Shown one piece after another: positions 30,898-42,600 of a stretch of DNA of 64,000 bases. The DNA comes from Tubiluchus corallicola (lineage: Eukaryota > Animalia > Priapulida). Under the pieces are notes generated by a model. That model was not told the DNA's origin. It ran no database searches and was given only the letters and a program-made list of their open reading frames with translations. The position numbers were made by a program, and so were the translations under genes. The stretch is taken from positions 434,001 through 498,000 of the forward strand of contig JAQGDQ010000067.1 of assembly GCA_030141605.1 (NCBI GenBank), written 5' to 3'. Every line of letters starts with the position of its first letter. Position 1 is the first letter of the stretch.

Positions 30898-31920
30898 AAC
30901 TAGTTGACAATGCTTCTGATGTGGTCAGAAACCGAAGATCTTGCAACAATAGTTATAAAATTGAGCCTTAAAAATGAAGAGAAGACAGTTTTTCTTGAAA
31001 CTGCTTATTTTCTTTTATTGAATTCACCCTGCTTGAATGCGTGGGCAGTGCATTTCACAATGAAACCTCAGCATTTAACTGTTCAGCCCATCAACCACTG
31101 GTCAAAGGTCAATCTCGGCATAACTCATATCATTCAGTTTGTCTCTCTGAGACCTTTCATTTGATATAGAACAAGCTACTTTTGGAAGACCCAGGAAGGC
31201 ATTTGTCTCCTCGATACCTATTTTGTACCTAATGGGGTCACAAGTTAATGATTCACACTGTAACCTATACCTTTCGATTCGCCTCATCAAGACCGTTCAT
31301 TTGGTGTGCTACAAGGTACAATTGCTCAACACTCGGTGCACTTCAGTTCCCGACCCCCATTTTAGGTTTTGCCTCCTAGAGGGGCTGTACGTTAACCATT
31401 CTCAATGTAACCTAGGCCATTCAACTCGCCTCATCGAGACCTTTCATTTCATATGCTACACGGCACTATTTGTAGACACTCGATACATTTCTGCTCCTGA
31501 CCCCACTTTTCGGTTTTTCCACCCTATTGGAGTTAGAGATCAACCAGTCTCGGCATAACTTACACCATTCGGTTTGTCTCATCGAGACCTTTTGTTCGAT
31601 ATACTACAAGCTAGTTTCAGTTGACAGTGGAAGGCATTTGTCTCATCGACCCCTATTTTGCCCCTTAGTTGGGTGGCGGGTTAGCTATTCTCGCTGTAAC
31701 CTGTGCTATTCAATCCGCCTCATCGAGGCCTTTCATTTGATGTGCTACAAGGTACCAACACTCAACACTTGGTGCACTTCAGTGCCCAACCCCCAGTTTT
31801 CGGTTTTTGCCCCCTAGCGGAAAATGGCTATCGCGCATGTGCCATACCAAATATTGTGGCCCTAGCTCAAAAACTATGGGAGCAGGTGAATTATAATGAA
31901 AAATAAATGAAGACTCATTT
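30898..31920 (-). mobile_element. Non-autonomous Helitron-like element, copy 2 (truncated), with internal ~141-148 bp tandem units
   Basis: Minus strand ends TTCTGA-CCACA-TCAGAA hairpin, ~10 nt, CTAG|T. The unit anchor GACCTTTCATTTGA recurs near 31155, 31295, 31442, 31590 and 31731. Confidence 0.6.
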
Positions 31921-32529
31921 TAACACCAGATGAAAAACAGTTAGATTTTGCTAGGGCAAAAATCTTAATAAAATGCTATTGTAGCAGATGTAAGAAAAAA
32001 TGATACATGCAATGAAAAAATTCAAGTGAATATAATGACGCAATTCACTTTTCTAAATGGGAGTTAAAAAGGCAGCAAAGGCTTCTGAATGAGAGTTTAA
32101 ACAAATTCTGAGTGTCTGTTTGAACAAACGAGTGTGTTATACAAAGGAAGTACATTTTTTCACTGCTAAACAAAGTAAAGGAAAGACACAGAAGCACTGG
32201 CATACTTGTTGCACAAATATTGCGATTAGATATTAGAAATTATATCTTAGTATAACAAAGCAGATATTCAGTTTCAGCCATTTGCGAATTTGTCAATTTA
32301 GAATCACGGTGTGAAAGGACCATTGTATTAATTATTACAACCCAAGTTCAAGAATTCACATTATACAATTTTAAAGGTTATACAGATTTATACAAATTAG
32401 ACAATTTTTTAAAAAAAGGAAAGAAGTGGGTATACATAAACTCAAACAAGTTTACTAAATTAGTTTAGTGTTTCCTTCCTCAGTAAGATCTAAGGATTCT
32501 GCCATAATAAGGAGCGCAAAGCTAAAAGT

Positions 32530-34590
32530 AGAGTTTGAGTTTGTTTATTCTTTTCTCAGCCGAACAGCAGTTTTTTCTAACTGCTCTCCTTCATACAAAA
32601 AGCTCCGAGGCTCAGAACTGAACTGAAGCGCCAACTGTGGGTACCGTAATACGCTCAATCCTCTTCACCAAAATCAGCTAGCAAACAAACAGCAACAAAA
32701 AGTGTCTGTTTATGAGATCAATTACACAATTTTACTTTACTTGTAAATAACACTAAACAGATCATTCACTTAGTCATGACTTCTTTACAGTTTCCTCGTC
32801 TTTGATAACAATTTTAACTGCAGTACTTCATTGGCATGCATTCTGACTTTTCTTAGTTTATCTACATTTGAACTGCCTATGTCCTGCACTGATAGGTCCC
32901 ATTTATTAACACATACTGCTTGACATTCAAAAAGGTGTTCTGTAGTATCCTCTTCTCTGTAACATAATAAACACTTAAGGTCATTCCTCTGTAAGTTTTT
33001 AAAATTTGCTTTGACATTAACCATTTTAAACCTGACAGCCATCCCTTCATGTAATCTAATCGACATTTTTCTACGTAGACTTGTCATTGAAAACTGTTTA
33101 TTTAAGAATCTCAATTTTGGCATGTCTTTTGATTTATTTTTAATTTCTTTTTCTATAAATGAAATGATTTTATTTTTAATATATTTCTTTTGCCTAGACT
33201 TAGTGAATAAATAGTTATTTTACAATATCAATTATATAACTCAGAAGACAAAAACTATCAAACTGACAAATTAGATAACATTAGATTAAGATAACACATT
33301 CTGTTCGTGTACATGACAGACGACTGGTGACCATGAAGCGATCGCATGACTATTGTTTTCGATTATGGCAACCACAATCTTTAAATTTATTGTTTATTTT
33401 GACCTGTAGGACTTGTTTAGCTAATCTTTCATTACAGGAGTTCATTAGCAGGTGGTAATACATCAATTTTTTGTAATCTAACGTGTAAGCCATGTTTTTG
33501 TTTGAACAACATACCCCAATAGGGCACACTACTTTTTTGGCATAAAATTTTAGATAATTACCTCCCAATTCATCCATTTCAGTTTTGGTGAAATGGGTCC
33601 AAGTCGCTCCATTATTGATTACAGATAACACTATTGTAGTTTCATATAACTTTAACCGCACAGCAATAACAGTAACAGTAGTACCTACTTTTACTTTATA
33701 TCCAATAGCCAAAATTTCTGAAATCATAAATTTCGTTTTCTCTTTTTGTTCTTTGAACATAAAATAATAACCGTTGTTACTACTGAACCAATCTCCCAGA
33801 TATTTATATTCATCACTTTGCTTAATTTGACCGGTTTTACATACAATGTAAATTCTTCAATATTTCCTTTTTTAGTCATTTTAATTATCATATTCTTAGT
33901 CTTTTTTAAATTGAAGGCTATCACTTTTTGGTTTTCAATTTCTCTGAAATTCTCTGCAGATTTACTGACTGTTTTTGCACTATCTACTGACAACACATTC
34001 ACAATTCACTTTATAAACTAATAAAGTATTGCGAGAATTAAATCCCAATTTTCTTAAATCATAAATGCAGTCCTGTAACCATAAATGGTCAAAACACTTT
34101 TCGACATCCCCAAATAAAAGATATGTTTCAATTTTCATCATTTTATTGTAATCTAATAGCAATACAGCTCTAAGGGTAAACAGGTGGTCAAACGTCACTG
34201 TGTGTGTGACTTATATTTTGACGCCTCTCCCGCATTGTAGGTTACTAATATTGTTATTTAACATATTTCCGTTTCTATTTATAAGAATTCTTTCAAACAG
34301 TTTACTAATAGCAGAAGCTAGAAATATACCTTTCCTATTTACTAATTCTCTCTTTATATTATAAACAGATTTAATAACCATCTCTTTAAACTCACTAGGT
34401 ATATCATTATATTGGCTGCATATACAATTAAACATCTTGACAAGACTATCAATTAAATTCTTCTGCATTAATTGGCATTTCACTTTTCCAATTATAAATC
34501 TTTTGATTTTCTTCTTTTCAATATCTTCATTTTTAATAATTGGATAAATTACATTGTTACTTGAAACCATTTTTTCAGCTGACAAATAAC
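32530..34590 (-). mobile_element. Decayed 5'-truncated non-LTR retrotransposon (RT plus C-terminal CCHC; clade uncertain, RTE-X/Proto2-like)
   Basis: Frameshifted fragments RKGIFLASAISKLFERIL, DHLFTLRAVL, TYLLFGDVEKCFDHLW, FNLKKTKNM, CLLCYREEDTTEHLFEC. AATAAAC(AAACTC)n tail at about 32530-32550. Confidence 0.85.
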
Positions 34591-35639
34591 GTCAGTTATG
34601 TGGTCAGAAGAGAATGTTTAATGATGCAATGCACTACGCGCTCACTAAATAACTAAACAGTTAAAAAAACTACAAATCATAAATTCATACTTCAACATCG
34701 ACTCAAGTTCAGTAAATTTCGTAAAACTTTGCTGCGAAACATATTTTTGTGTTAACCTCTAAACTCCAGCCATCAACAACCGATAAACATTTTCTGCCCC
34801 AAGCCGTTGATTCTGCACAAATACTTGGATTGATAGACAGTTTTATTCAGCTTATTGATTATATATATCATACGTATACATGAAATTTGTCGTTTATGCT
34901 TTGCACTAATTAAATAAAACAATTGGCGCAACAGATTCGCAACTGTAAATTAAATTCAACTGTTTATATTTATATTCAAATCTATATTGCCAAATTGCTA
35001 TAGTTATTAATATAAATATATTATGGAGAATAATATATTATAAACAAAATATACATGACAAAATCAAACTAAATATAGTGAAACGAAAATATGCAATAAT
35101 GTTTGCTAAAATTATGTTAAGCATAATGCAGAAGAACTATGGAACACAAGAACTGGTACAGAGAAATTGAATAAACAAAATATGTAATGAAGTATGAGAA
35201 TGCGACTAAATAGACAATATGGCTCAACAAAAAATATAATAAAACTTAATGATAACTGTGAAACAATGAGCAAAATAATATAATAAAGTGAATATGTCTT
35301 TACTGAGAAAAGCATATTATGCAAACAAAAACATAAGTGGAGCAGGCAAAATTAAAAAATGTGTTGTAGCTGCAGGATTTATTTGAAGATTTTGCAAGAC
35401 CTATTAAAATTATAGTTCAGCCTATTGTATTGCGTGCTTATCTTCCCTTTCCATAGATGCGAAGAAATAATAATGACAATTATACATTTTGATGAAAAGA
35501 TGTACTATGACAATATAATTGTAGTTAATAGATTAGTACAAGGGGAATACAATAAAACTAACAAAGACGATTTATTAGAAATAGATCTTAGCAGAAAAGT
35601 CACACATGATAATTAGAAATAAGGATGGATTTATAGTTA

Positions 35640-36125
35640 ATTATCAAATAGCTAAAGGTGCCCTTTTTAGTTCATTATGCAGACTGTTCCTGAACAAAGC
35701 GCCTCGATAAGTTAAAGATTTTTGCACTTTGTTAGCATTAAACTTTCGTACATAAAAAGTTTGGTTAGTGGCAAATCGTGTATTGTTGATACTCGTGCAT
35801 CTAGGCTACTGATTTATAGTAATTCTGGAAAATTTCAGGAAGCATATTATGTTTAAATCTATATAAAAATTTGGCCAACTCTAATTTATATATGTCCTGA
35901 AGTTTTAAGATTTTATGCTTGTGGTATAATGGTGTAACGTGAGCTCTTCTATTTGTATTTGTCCAAAGCTTTATAAATTTACTTTGAATGGTAATTAGGG
36001 GATACAATGTGGAATGTACTGAGCCATAGGTAAGTATGCTGTATTCTAAATACGGTGAAAATAAGGAAGAATGTAGAAGTTTTTTCGAATGAGATAATTC
36101 AGGAATTGCCTAATTTTTGAAAAAA
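35640..36125 (-). mobile_element. LINE ORF2 3' fragment (L2/Crack/Daphne-like)
   Basis: AHVTPLYHKHKILKLQDIYKLELAKFLYRFKHNMLPEIFQNYY, followed by NTR and QKSLTYRGA motifs. Confidence 0.75.
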
Positions 36126-37489
36126 ATACCTATAATATATTGTATATGTGCTTTGCATGAAAGATTGTGTCTATTATTACTCCTAGATATTTATTTGTTG
36201 CACAGATTGTATACTGGTATTTCCCATTGTCAAGTTCAATGTCATTTTTTTTACTTTTCTGGATTACCAATCATCAAATATTTAATTTTGAAATATTATA
36301 TATTAAATATTATATTTAATTAATAGAAAGTCAGTTAGTATACACAGAATAGTATGCACAAATAAAATGATTAATTTTCCGTGTACAATAAAGTATCATA
36401 ATCAAGTCTTCTTCTCTTAACATGAGCATCGATGCAGTATCGCTATAATGTTCTAGACGCTTTTCTCCACCTAGATTTCTGCAGTGTTAAACTAGTGTTT
36501 TTCTTCAGCTATGATGTGAAGTGCGTCAGCGACTATCTCGGATCTCAGCCCAGATCGCATTAATTAAAAAACTTTGAAGGATGAGCTCTATACTAAGCTG
36601 CCAAGAACACAAATATCTCAACCAAACCTGCTGTTTGCCTCTTGTCTGCTAACAGGACTAGTACTACCTCGGGCCAAGCAATCATCAAAGAAGCCAATCC
36701 TGCATCGGCTTTTATTGTACCTTTTACGTGGTGAAGATACATGATGAGTCTCACAAAAAAGTAATTAAGTTTTAACACATTTAATAGATATTTCAGAACG
36801 CAAAATACATAACAATAACTTGAAGGTTATGACATGACTTAGACTGCTCACATGTTATGCATGCGCATATTAAATAGTTCTTGAGATATCATTACATCCC
36901 CTTCATTGCAAATTAGAAGTGTGCTATTCCTTTAACAAAAAGTTATCATACAAGCTTGACTATGAATAAAGAAATTGTAGGAGACTATTGTTTTTTTTTC
37001 AATTTTACTTTTCAATTTGTATATGTGACTAGCCTAACACTTTATAGCTTTGCTAACCAAGTATGATTAAATAACAGAAATACAATGGCTTCAATTTTAA
37101 ACACAATAGCATAACAGGTGCTTGAACTTACAATCTTGCTTGGGAAATTGCTCATAACATTTGAGGCTTATAATAACTTTAATTACTGAACACAACATTA
37201 ATTTTGGTGTTCGATAATGCTAAAAAATACTGGTGATAATGTTATCATGTTAAATTCACAAGTAACATGAATGAACTGCATAACGATAATTATGCTCAAT
37301 TTTAGTACTTTCTCTACCTACTGATTTGTTAAACAACTAATATACTTTTGCATTTTCAACTATGCAATGCAATTTTTAGCACTTCAAGTTTTGTATTTAT
37401 GCTGTAAATTATTGTGTACCTGTTCAGGAAGATTGCCCTTCAGCTTTCGTCAAAACAAAATTTCAGCCGAACCAAGTAAGTTATGATCA

Positions 37490-37760
37490 ATGTGTGTAGT
37501 GCGTAAACACAATAGTGCCATGTCTGCTCCATATGCTTTCGACTTCTTGAGAATGGTCTTTACTGTCTGAATTCGTCTCAGAATGAAGCCATTAGATCTA
37601 GTTTATGGGTGGGTATGTATGGGTTCCAGGCTGCGATACCACATTCTAGTTTGGGTCTGACCAGGGTTTGATATGCTCTTGGCTTGTTAATGACATGGAT
37701 GTAGCGTACGTTGTCACCAATGTCATTTATATAGAGGAGGAAATAAAAGATTTGACCCAT
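37490..37760 (-). mobile_element. CR1-like LINE RT fragment with internal deletion
   Basis: FLLYINDIGDNV joined to AYQTLVRPKLECGIAAWNPY. Confidence 0.7.
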
Positions 37761-38519
37761 TGTAGTATATGACCTCTGATACCATAAAATGAGCTAAGAG
37801 ACGCTAATGTAGAAATCTATTGAAAACTTTGCTGAAGTCAAGCAGAACAGTATTAACCTGGCAGCCTTTATTACCTTGTTTACAGTTGATGTAACCACAC
37901 GTTTCAAAATTTACAATACTTCATTGCAAAAAATGTTAGTTCACATGTCATGTCTTGTTATAACCCTAGAAATATGTACACCTGATGCACTAATAACATG
38001 GTTATATGCTGTTGAAATATATTGCAAATGTATGTAGGGGAGATGGGCAACTGAGGCGAGATGGGATAGTTGCAAGTTTTTATTTCCAATAACTACTAGT
38101 AGTGATACCTATAGTGCTCATTTACATGTGCGGTACTTTGAGCGAATCTATTAAAGGAAACGCACAAACAAAAACTCGATACTCTACTTACGTGAAGCTA
38201 AACCTTGCGTTGGCTCAGTACCCAATTTATTTTGCAAACTTGCCTGATTCGTTAAGAGTTAAATTCAGTCGTTTGATCCTTCGTCTCATCACTTAAAAGT
38301 TGAAACAGGCAGATGGGCTAGACCACCGATACCTAGAAACTTGCGATTGTGTACCTGCGACGTATAAGCGTGCAAGATGAGGAAATGTAGTTTTGGCGTG
38401 CAAAAAAAACGGATTGTATAAGAAACATATATAACATCACTTTAACTACTTGAAATGATTTTTTAATACTAAAGTGTACCATAATGTGTTTTCTACTGTT
38501 GATTCTCTCCACCTTCAGC

Positions 38520-39110
38520 AAGATTTAATTGTTCCAGTTAAAGACTTGGTCTGATAAATGGCAGTTGCAGTTTAATGCTTACAAATGTGTAGTGTTACAA
38601 CTCAAAACACGAATTCCAGTGCAGTATTATCTGGATGGCTACAAGTTAACGTATGTCTCAGAACATAATGACCTTGGTGTAATTATTTTTCACCTTAAAC
38701 TTTCAATCTGCCCATATAACTAAAATATGTAAGAGGACAAACAGACTAATTGGTTTTATCAAGTCATCCTTTGTCAGTTGTGAGCCTAGCTTGGTCTCCC
38801 TTGTTACAGTCTGACATGAAGTAACTGCAACTCTCCAACAGTGATGCGAAACAGCTGATCTGTATGAGGTGTAAAAGTATCTGTATGGAGATAAACGTGT
38901 TTCATGTGAGACTGCAAAGCTGCAGCTTTACAGTCAACTCGTGGTCACTCCAAGGAACTATTCAAATTTTGCACAAGAACAAATTGCAAGAAGTCGTTCT
39001 TTTCTCATCGTGTAGTAGACGTGTGGAATAGTTTACCAGAGAGTGTTGTCAGTGCACCTAATCTAACCCTATTTAAGGAGAGATTGAGGTCTTCAAGACA
39101 GCTATGCTTT
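38520..39110 (+). mobile_element. CR1-like LINE 3' fragment
   Basis: LKTWSDKWQLQFNAYKCVVL...NDLGVI, then RGHSK and FSHRVVDVWNSLPESVVSAPNLTLFKERL. Confidence 0.8.
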
Positions 39111-39493
39111 AGGAAGCCAACATTTTTATGAAAGTTTATGAAAGCATCTATTATGTGATAATTTAGTATCTCAAACTTCATTATAGGGATGACCTGATTT
39201 TAGATTCAATGTGTGCATTTGAACAATTCTTCTATATCGTATCGTAGATCAACATGTGGGCATGGAGATTTGCAGACCAGATTCCTTAAACACCACTTTC
39301 TTCAGTGAATGACGATGTACTATCCCGAAAAAGTGGATGATCGTTGGTACACCAATAATTTATTTTAAAAACAATTGAATTTGGGTTTGCGGGTAAAACA
39401 ATATGCGTGGAAATAATAGTTCCTGGAAAATAAAATGAGCAGAAATTTACTGTGAAATCGAAGACTGTCTTTGCCAATCTGTTAACAAAAAAA

Positions 39494-39611
39494 ATGGCTG
39501 CTGCGAAAAGTACACCAAAGGATGCGCTTGTAATGCATGCAATATTAAAAGATATTGGCGTCACTAATTACGAACCACGTATAATTAACCAAATGCTAGA
39601 ATTTGTGTACA
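39494..39611 (+). CDS. TAF9: TAF9 exon 1
   Basis: aaaATGGCT...GTGTACA|gtatgt. Confidence 0.94.
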
Positions 39612-42600
39612 GTATGTTTTACTTTTTTCTGAGTTTTTGCTTACTAATTTTTAAGTCCACTGTGTGAAAAACATCTCGGATTACTGTAATAGTAATACTA
39701 ATAGTATAGTACTATTAGTATTACATAAGAAAGGTGTTAGGGGCGGAGTAGGACACTAGCCGAAGTAGGACAATTGGCCTACATGAGCTAGGACAAGTAG
39801 GACACTACAGACAGGTCGCGAATTGAGTCGTTAACCGTACTGGCAGCGTCCATTGTTCTTGTTTGTTTAATAATGATATTTGAAAATGCCGATACGCGTT
39901 GAATAATTTTTTATACATCTGATAAAATAAAAGAATCTTATTCTAAGCTAGTAAGGTGGATAATAGCGCAGATTAATCGAAATCGTACTCTAAAGCTGTA
40001 CTTCGTATGCTGTTATTAGAAAAGTTACTTGACAATCTCTACATTTTTACGAAGAATTCACAAAACGTAGGCAAAAAAGTAATGGACACAGGTAAAGAAA
40101 TGAGCAGCGTCTGTGTATCGAACACTCCTGTTCGGAAAGGTAAAAGTGTTCACAATAAGGTTTCTACAAAAAGTCAGTCCACAAAATTGAAAGTTAAGAG
40201 CAAAATGTCTACATCACGTGGTAAGAACAGTAGCACAGCTGCAGAAAACGTAATCTTATGAAAGACAATAACATTGGAAGTGGCTGCTGAGACACACCAC
40301 AAAATCATTTCATATCTGATGCAGAAAACTGTGTGTGCCCCCTATGTGAAGAACTACTGCATGATGAAACGCCAGCAATGGAATGTGATCGGTGCCACAT
40401 TTGGTTATGTATGACATGCCTAGGTATGGATGATGATGAGTACAATGCTCAATATCTGCTAGGCACTTCTAGTGTCTGGTTTTGTATGGCATGCCGCCCA
40501 AAGGCATTGAAGGCTGTTACAACTGAAATGAACATAGACAAAAAAATCTCCGAGCTGGAGGCAAAGATTCGGATACAGCTATCAACCATAGAATCCAAAA
40601 TTCCGGATAAAGCGTTTAAGTCTGACATTTGTGCTTTGAGAGAGGAAATCAAACAGCTAACCTACAAGATTCCAATTTACGAGATTTGAGAAAAAGTGTT
40701 CATGAGATGGTGGAACGACTGGATTTGTTAGTTTGCGAACCGGTAGACAAAACTGAATGTGATAGAATGGTTGTCATTAATCACATGCCCGAATCCATGC
40801 ATGAGTCATATGATGGCCAGTTTAATGAGGATAAAAATCGCTGCAAAGAGGTTTTTAATCTATTAAAGATTTCCGATTCTCCATCTTTATTAACAGATTT
40901 GGAAAAAAGCAGGGTGGACTGGTAAGACCAACCTTAGTATGGTTTAAGAGCAGTGATGTACAAGTGTGTTCTGCAAAATAAAAGCATTTTGAAAACTAGC
41001 ACTAACTGAACAAAAAAGTGTCTATGTAGAATCCAGCCTTACCAAGCTTGAAAGAGAGAGAAAGGCCATTCGGATAAAAAATTAAATCTGTAGTAGCACG
41101 TAAACCTGGTTCATCGGTGGAACACAGTGAAACAGGGGCTCACACATCGATTGCTAAACTGGTGCATCAGAGTCAAGTTGGTCATGCGATAGGCAGACAT
41201 GGATTATCGACTGCTAATAAAGATGCACAGTGCAGTATACTGATCAAAGGTTCTGCAGGAGCATGTTCCTTGTTTGCTGAGAAAATTACTTACTGAAAAC
41301 AGTAAAGGTACATCATGATCAATAACAATGATAACTTGTCTGCTAAAGAGGTTTTTTCTGCTGATAATCTTTTACCTGTAAATAGAAGTGATAATAACAG
41401 TTTGCTAGGGTGAAACAATGCAGGGAGACATAAAGATAATAGAGCTACTGTTGTCAGTAACTCTTTGTCAGTAAGCTCTCTGAGTTCTATGTTTTATTGA
41501 ACCACATGTAATTATGAGGTGTACGCATTCAGTGAAACATGGCTAACTCCAGAAATTACAAATGGAATGTTGTTAAATGGTTTTAATTTCAAAGTTTACC
41601 GTAAAGATAGAGACACTCGTGGTGGGGGTGTTGCTTTATTTTTTAATTCCAGTTTGAAAGTGTCACCTTGTTAAAATACCTCATATGTTCAGTAATCTTG
41701 AAATTCTAGCTATAAATGTACTTGGCGATCAACCTTTTAGATTAGTTGTTGTTTATCGATCACCCAGTTGTGATATAAATCAGTCTCTTAGTCTTTTTAA
41801 ATGTATGGAATTCTTAGCTAATAGTAAATTCCCTGTTATTTTTATTGGTGATTTTAATATGCCAGGTTTTTCTTGGGGTAATTGTTTTGAGTACCCATTA
41901 GGGTCTAGATTATACCAAGCATTTTGTGATTTAATTTTGCAACAAGGACTAGATCAACTTGTAAATTTACCAAATAGGGTAGATCCTTGCTCTGGTCGTG
42001 CATCCTTTCCAGATCTTCTTCTTTCTACTAATAAAGCAGTTGTACTGAATGTTCAAGGTACTGAACCACTGCTAACAACTGATCTTGCAGCTATAACATT
42101 CAAATGCCAAGGTCCAGGACTGATATCTGGTAACAACTTAGCACTTAGGTGGGACTAAAGCTATTGATCAAACTTAAATCTTTAGGTATTCATGGATACC
42201 TACTGAACTGGATTACCTGTTTTTTATTAAATAGGACCCAGCGATTGTTATTGGTAGCTCTTCCTCAAACTATGTGTCAGAAGTTTCACAGGACAGTGTA
42301 CTTGGACCTTTGTTATATTTGTTATTCATAAATGATCTGCCAGATAATGACTGGTAACTCTAAAATTATTTGCTGATGATGCCAAATTGTATCAATGCCT
42401 TAAGAATGATGGTACTTCTGATATTCAGTCAGCTCTTGACAAAATCAAAACATTGGCAGACCTATGGCAATTGACCATAGCTATAATTAAAAATTAAACC
42501 AATTGCATATTGGTAGAAATAATCCCGGTAATAACTATTATTTACAAAATCTGGAAATTGAGACTACTAATAATGTTCGAGATCTTGGAATAAATGTATC

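Noticed and set aside
39293-39346. CCACTTT/AAAGTGG hairpin upstream of TAF9 as a hammerhead or SECIS
   Set aside because: Lacks the GAAA core in the right place for a hammerhead. Helix geometry and location do not fit a SECIS.
40333-40689. Host PHD-finger gene nested in TAF9
   Set aside because: Frameshifted and colinear with endonuclease and RT remnants, so it is LINE ORF1.
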